Below, piece by piece: positions 15,709-17,238 of a stretch of DNA of 17,238 nucleotides. The first letter of the stretch is position 1. Each line of letters begins with the position of its first letter. A model generated the notes under the pieces. That model was not told the origin of the DNA and did no database searches. It saw only the letters and a list, made by a program, of their open reading frames with translations. A program made the translations under genes and the position numbers. Source of the stretch: an uncultured Candidatus Micrarchaeota archaeon (GTDB lineage: Archaea; Micrarchaeota; Micrarchaeia; Micrarchaeales; Micrarchaeaceae); contig CAVUGN010000003.1 in assembly GCA_963741095.1 (NCBI GenBank), forward strand, positions 1-17,238, written 5' to 3'.

Positions 15709-17238
15709 ATGGCCATACTCGACTTTGTGGTATCGCTACTTGTCGACATATCCTTCTCGTGGCTCAGGATGCTGGCCGCGCTTCTTATTTCTATCCTGCT
15801 GGGGCTTGCGATAGGCATATACGCTGCGCGTAGGGAGTGGGCAGAGAAGATCATAATGCCAATAATCGATATACTGCAGACGCTGCCGATCCTTGCCTTC
15901 TTCCCATTCGTGATATACGTGATCGTTGCCGCCTTCCCCGGCTATGTGGGCATAAACGTCGCTGTGATATTCCTGATAATAACGAGCATGGTCTGGAACA
16001 TCATATTCGGCGCCTTCGAGGCGGTCAAGACATTGCCGCTTGAGATCTCAGAGGTATCTGAGGTGTACAGGATGGGCGCGCTGGGAAGGATAAGAAGGAT
16101 ATGGCTGCCTGCGAGCATGCCAAAGGTCGTGGAGCAGGCGATGCTCTCATGGTCTATCGGGCTCTTTTACCTCGTCACTAGCGAGATCTTCTCCACCGCG
16201 AACAGCACCTACACGGTCAAGTACGGCATAGGAGTCGCACTCACGAACCTCGCGCTGTCGGGCAATTACCTCGAGTACGCGCTCGGCATCGGCGTGTTCA
16301 TAATCTTTGTCATCCTGACGAGGGCGCTGCTCTTTGCGCCTTTGGAAACCTTCTTCTCGCCTTACGGTGACCAGAAGCAGAGAAAGCACAGGCTGTCAAA
16401 TTTCATACACCGGTTCAAGACGCCCAGGCTGCTGCGGGTGCACTGGCACGTCTTCAACATCGAACTGAAGCACAGGCCGCGCATCAACTACGCGGCGAGG
16501 AACGAGAGCCTGACGAAGGCGAAGACGGGAAAGCGCCTGCTGAACAGGCGCGGCTACACCCTCTTGGCGGTTGGGATGGTCGCACTCCTGCTCATTTCGC
16601 TTTACAGCATCGGAATCATCACTGTCAAGGATTTCGGCTACGAGTACGAGGTGCTTTTGGCGCTTGGCGCGTCGTTCGCAAGGATCTGGCTGGCCTTCGC
16701 TGTGATACTTGCGATATCCGTGCCCGTCAGCGTCTACCTCGTCTTCATGGCGAAGCACAGGAACGCCTACGTCACGCTGTTCCAGGTGCTGGCATCCATA
16801 CCCGCGACGATACTGCTGCCGCTCATAGTCCTTGGCCTGCAGAAATCGCCGTACCACAACGAGCTCGTGGCCTTTGTCATTTTCGTCCTCAGCGGCCTGT
16901 GGTACGTGATATTTGGCATAATGTCGAACAGGAATGCGATACAGAACAGCGTGTTGGAGGCGAAGGAGGTGTTTGGGGTGAAGGGAATAAAAGCATGGAA
17001 GTCGATCTACCTTAAGGCGATAGTGCCGGGATTGATAACCGGCGCAGTGACCTGCATAGGCGCTGAATGGAACGCAAGCATAGTGGCCGAGTATTTCAAG
17101 GCGCCGGTTGCAATGAACACCACCACGATTGCAGGCAGCACGGCTGTGGCCAACTCTGCGGCAACACTGAACGGCACGGTGCTGACTTCGGTGAAGGTAG
17201 GAATGGGTAAATTCCTGAACGTCGAGCTTGCTGCGGGG
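15709..17238 (+). CDS. ABC transporter permease, NitT/TauT/SsuC-type, two fused membrane domains (3'-partial)
   Basis: Translated by hand; it is absent from the ORF track, probably because it has no stop in the window. MAILDFVVSLLVDISFSWLRM...DILQTLPILAFFP...SMVWNIIFG...IWLPASMP, and a second repeat ASFARIW...QVLASIPATILLP...LWYVIFG...IYLKAIVPGLITG...EWNASIVAEY. Open for 510 codons to the window end. Confidence 0.9.
   Translation, partial: MAILDFVVSLLVDISFSWLRMLAALLISILLGLAIGIYAARREWAEKIIMPIIDILQTLPILAFFPFVIYVIVAAFPGYVGINVAVIFLIITSMVWNIIFGAFEAVKTLPLEISEVSEVYRMGALGRIRRIWLPASMPKVVEQAMLSWSIGLFYLVTSEIFSTANSTYTVKYGIGVALTNLALSGNYLEYALGIGVFIIFVILTRALLFAPLETFFSPYGDQKQRKHRLSNFIHRFKTPRLLRVHWHVFNIELKHRPRINYAARNESLTKAKTGKRLLNRRGYTLLAVGMVALLLISLYSIGIITVKDFGYEYEVLLALGASFARIWLAFAVILAISVPVSVYLVFMAKHRNAYVTLFQVLASIPATILLPLIVLGLQKSPYHNELVAFVIFVLSGLWYVIFGIMSNRNAIQNSVLEAKEVFGVKGIKAWKSIYLKAIVPGLITGAVTCIGAEWNASIVAEYFKAPVAMNTTTIAGSTAVANSAATLNGTVLTSVKVGMGKFLNVELAAG

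Noticed and set aside
6-16857. Numerous overlapping or antisense ORFs in the track (e.g. 6-317, 372-818, 904-1482, 6797-7414, 11044-11652, 14863-15450, 16396-16857)
   Set aside because: They are shadows of well-supported genes on other frames or strands and show no recognisable motifs.
1-17238. CRISPR array, tRNA/rRNA or diversity-generating retroelement repeats
   Set aside because: Intergenic gaps are all under about 200 nt. I saw no regularly spaced repeats, cloverleaf, reverse transcriptase or TR/VR pair by eye; tRNAscan-SE, Rfam and a self-dotplot would be definitive.

Overview
The window looks like two unrelated DNAs joined at about position 837. Positions 1-837 are high-GC (roughly two-thirds by eye), bacterial-style sequence with the 3' end of a hypothetical gene and the 5' end of a probable alpha/beta-hydrolase gene. 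Positions 838-17238 are about 45-50% GC (by eye) and archaeal-style: frequent ATA/AGG codons, TATA boxes about 25-35 nt before start codons, and gene families reminiscent of Micrarchaeota/Thermoplasmata (taxonomy is my inference). The archaeal part is a surface-glycan locus. It holds an N-terminally cut RmlB, an NDP-hexose C-methyltransferase, four GT2 and two GT4 glycosyltransferases, a divergent GalE-like SDR, RmlD, a His-for-Lys RfbH/ColD-type 3-dehydratase lacking the Fe-S cysteines, a B12-binding radical SAM enzyme and two FkbM-type methyltransferases. A tandem-domain ABC permease, missed by the ORF track, follows and runs off the end. The most notable observations are (i) one FkbM gene is frameshifted exactly inside an (AC)7 tract, a candidate phase-variable glycan-methylation switch in an archaeon, and (ii) the locus combines three methylation chemistries with C3-deoxygenation, a toolkit best known from antibiotic and O-antigen deoxysugar pathways. 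No tRNA, rRNA, CRISPR array or transposase was recognised.
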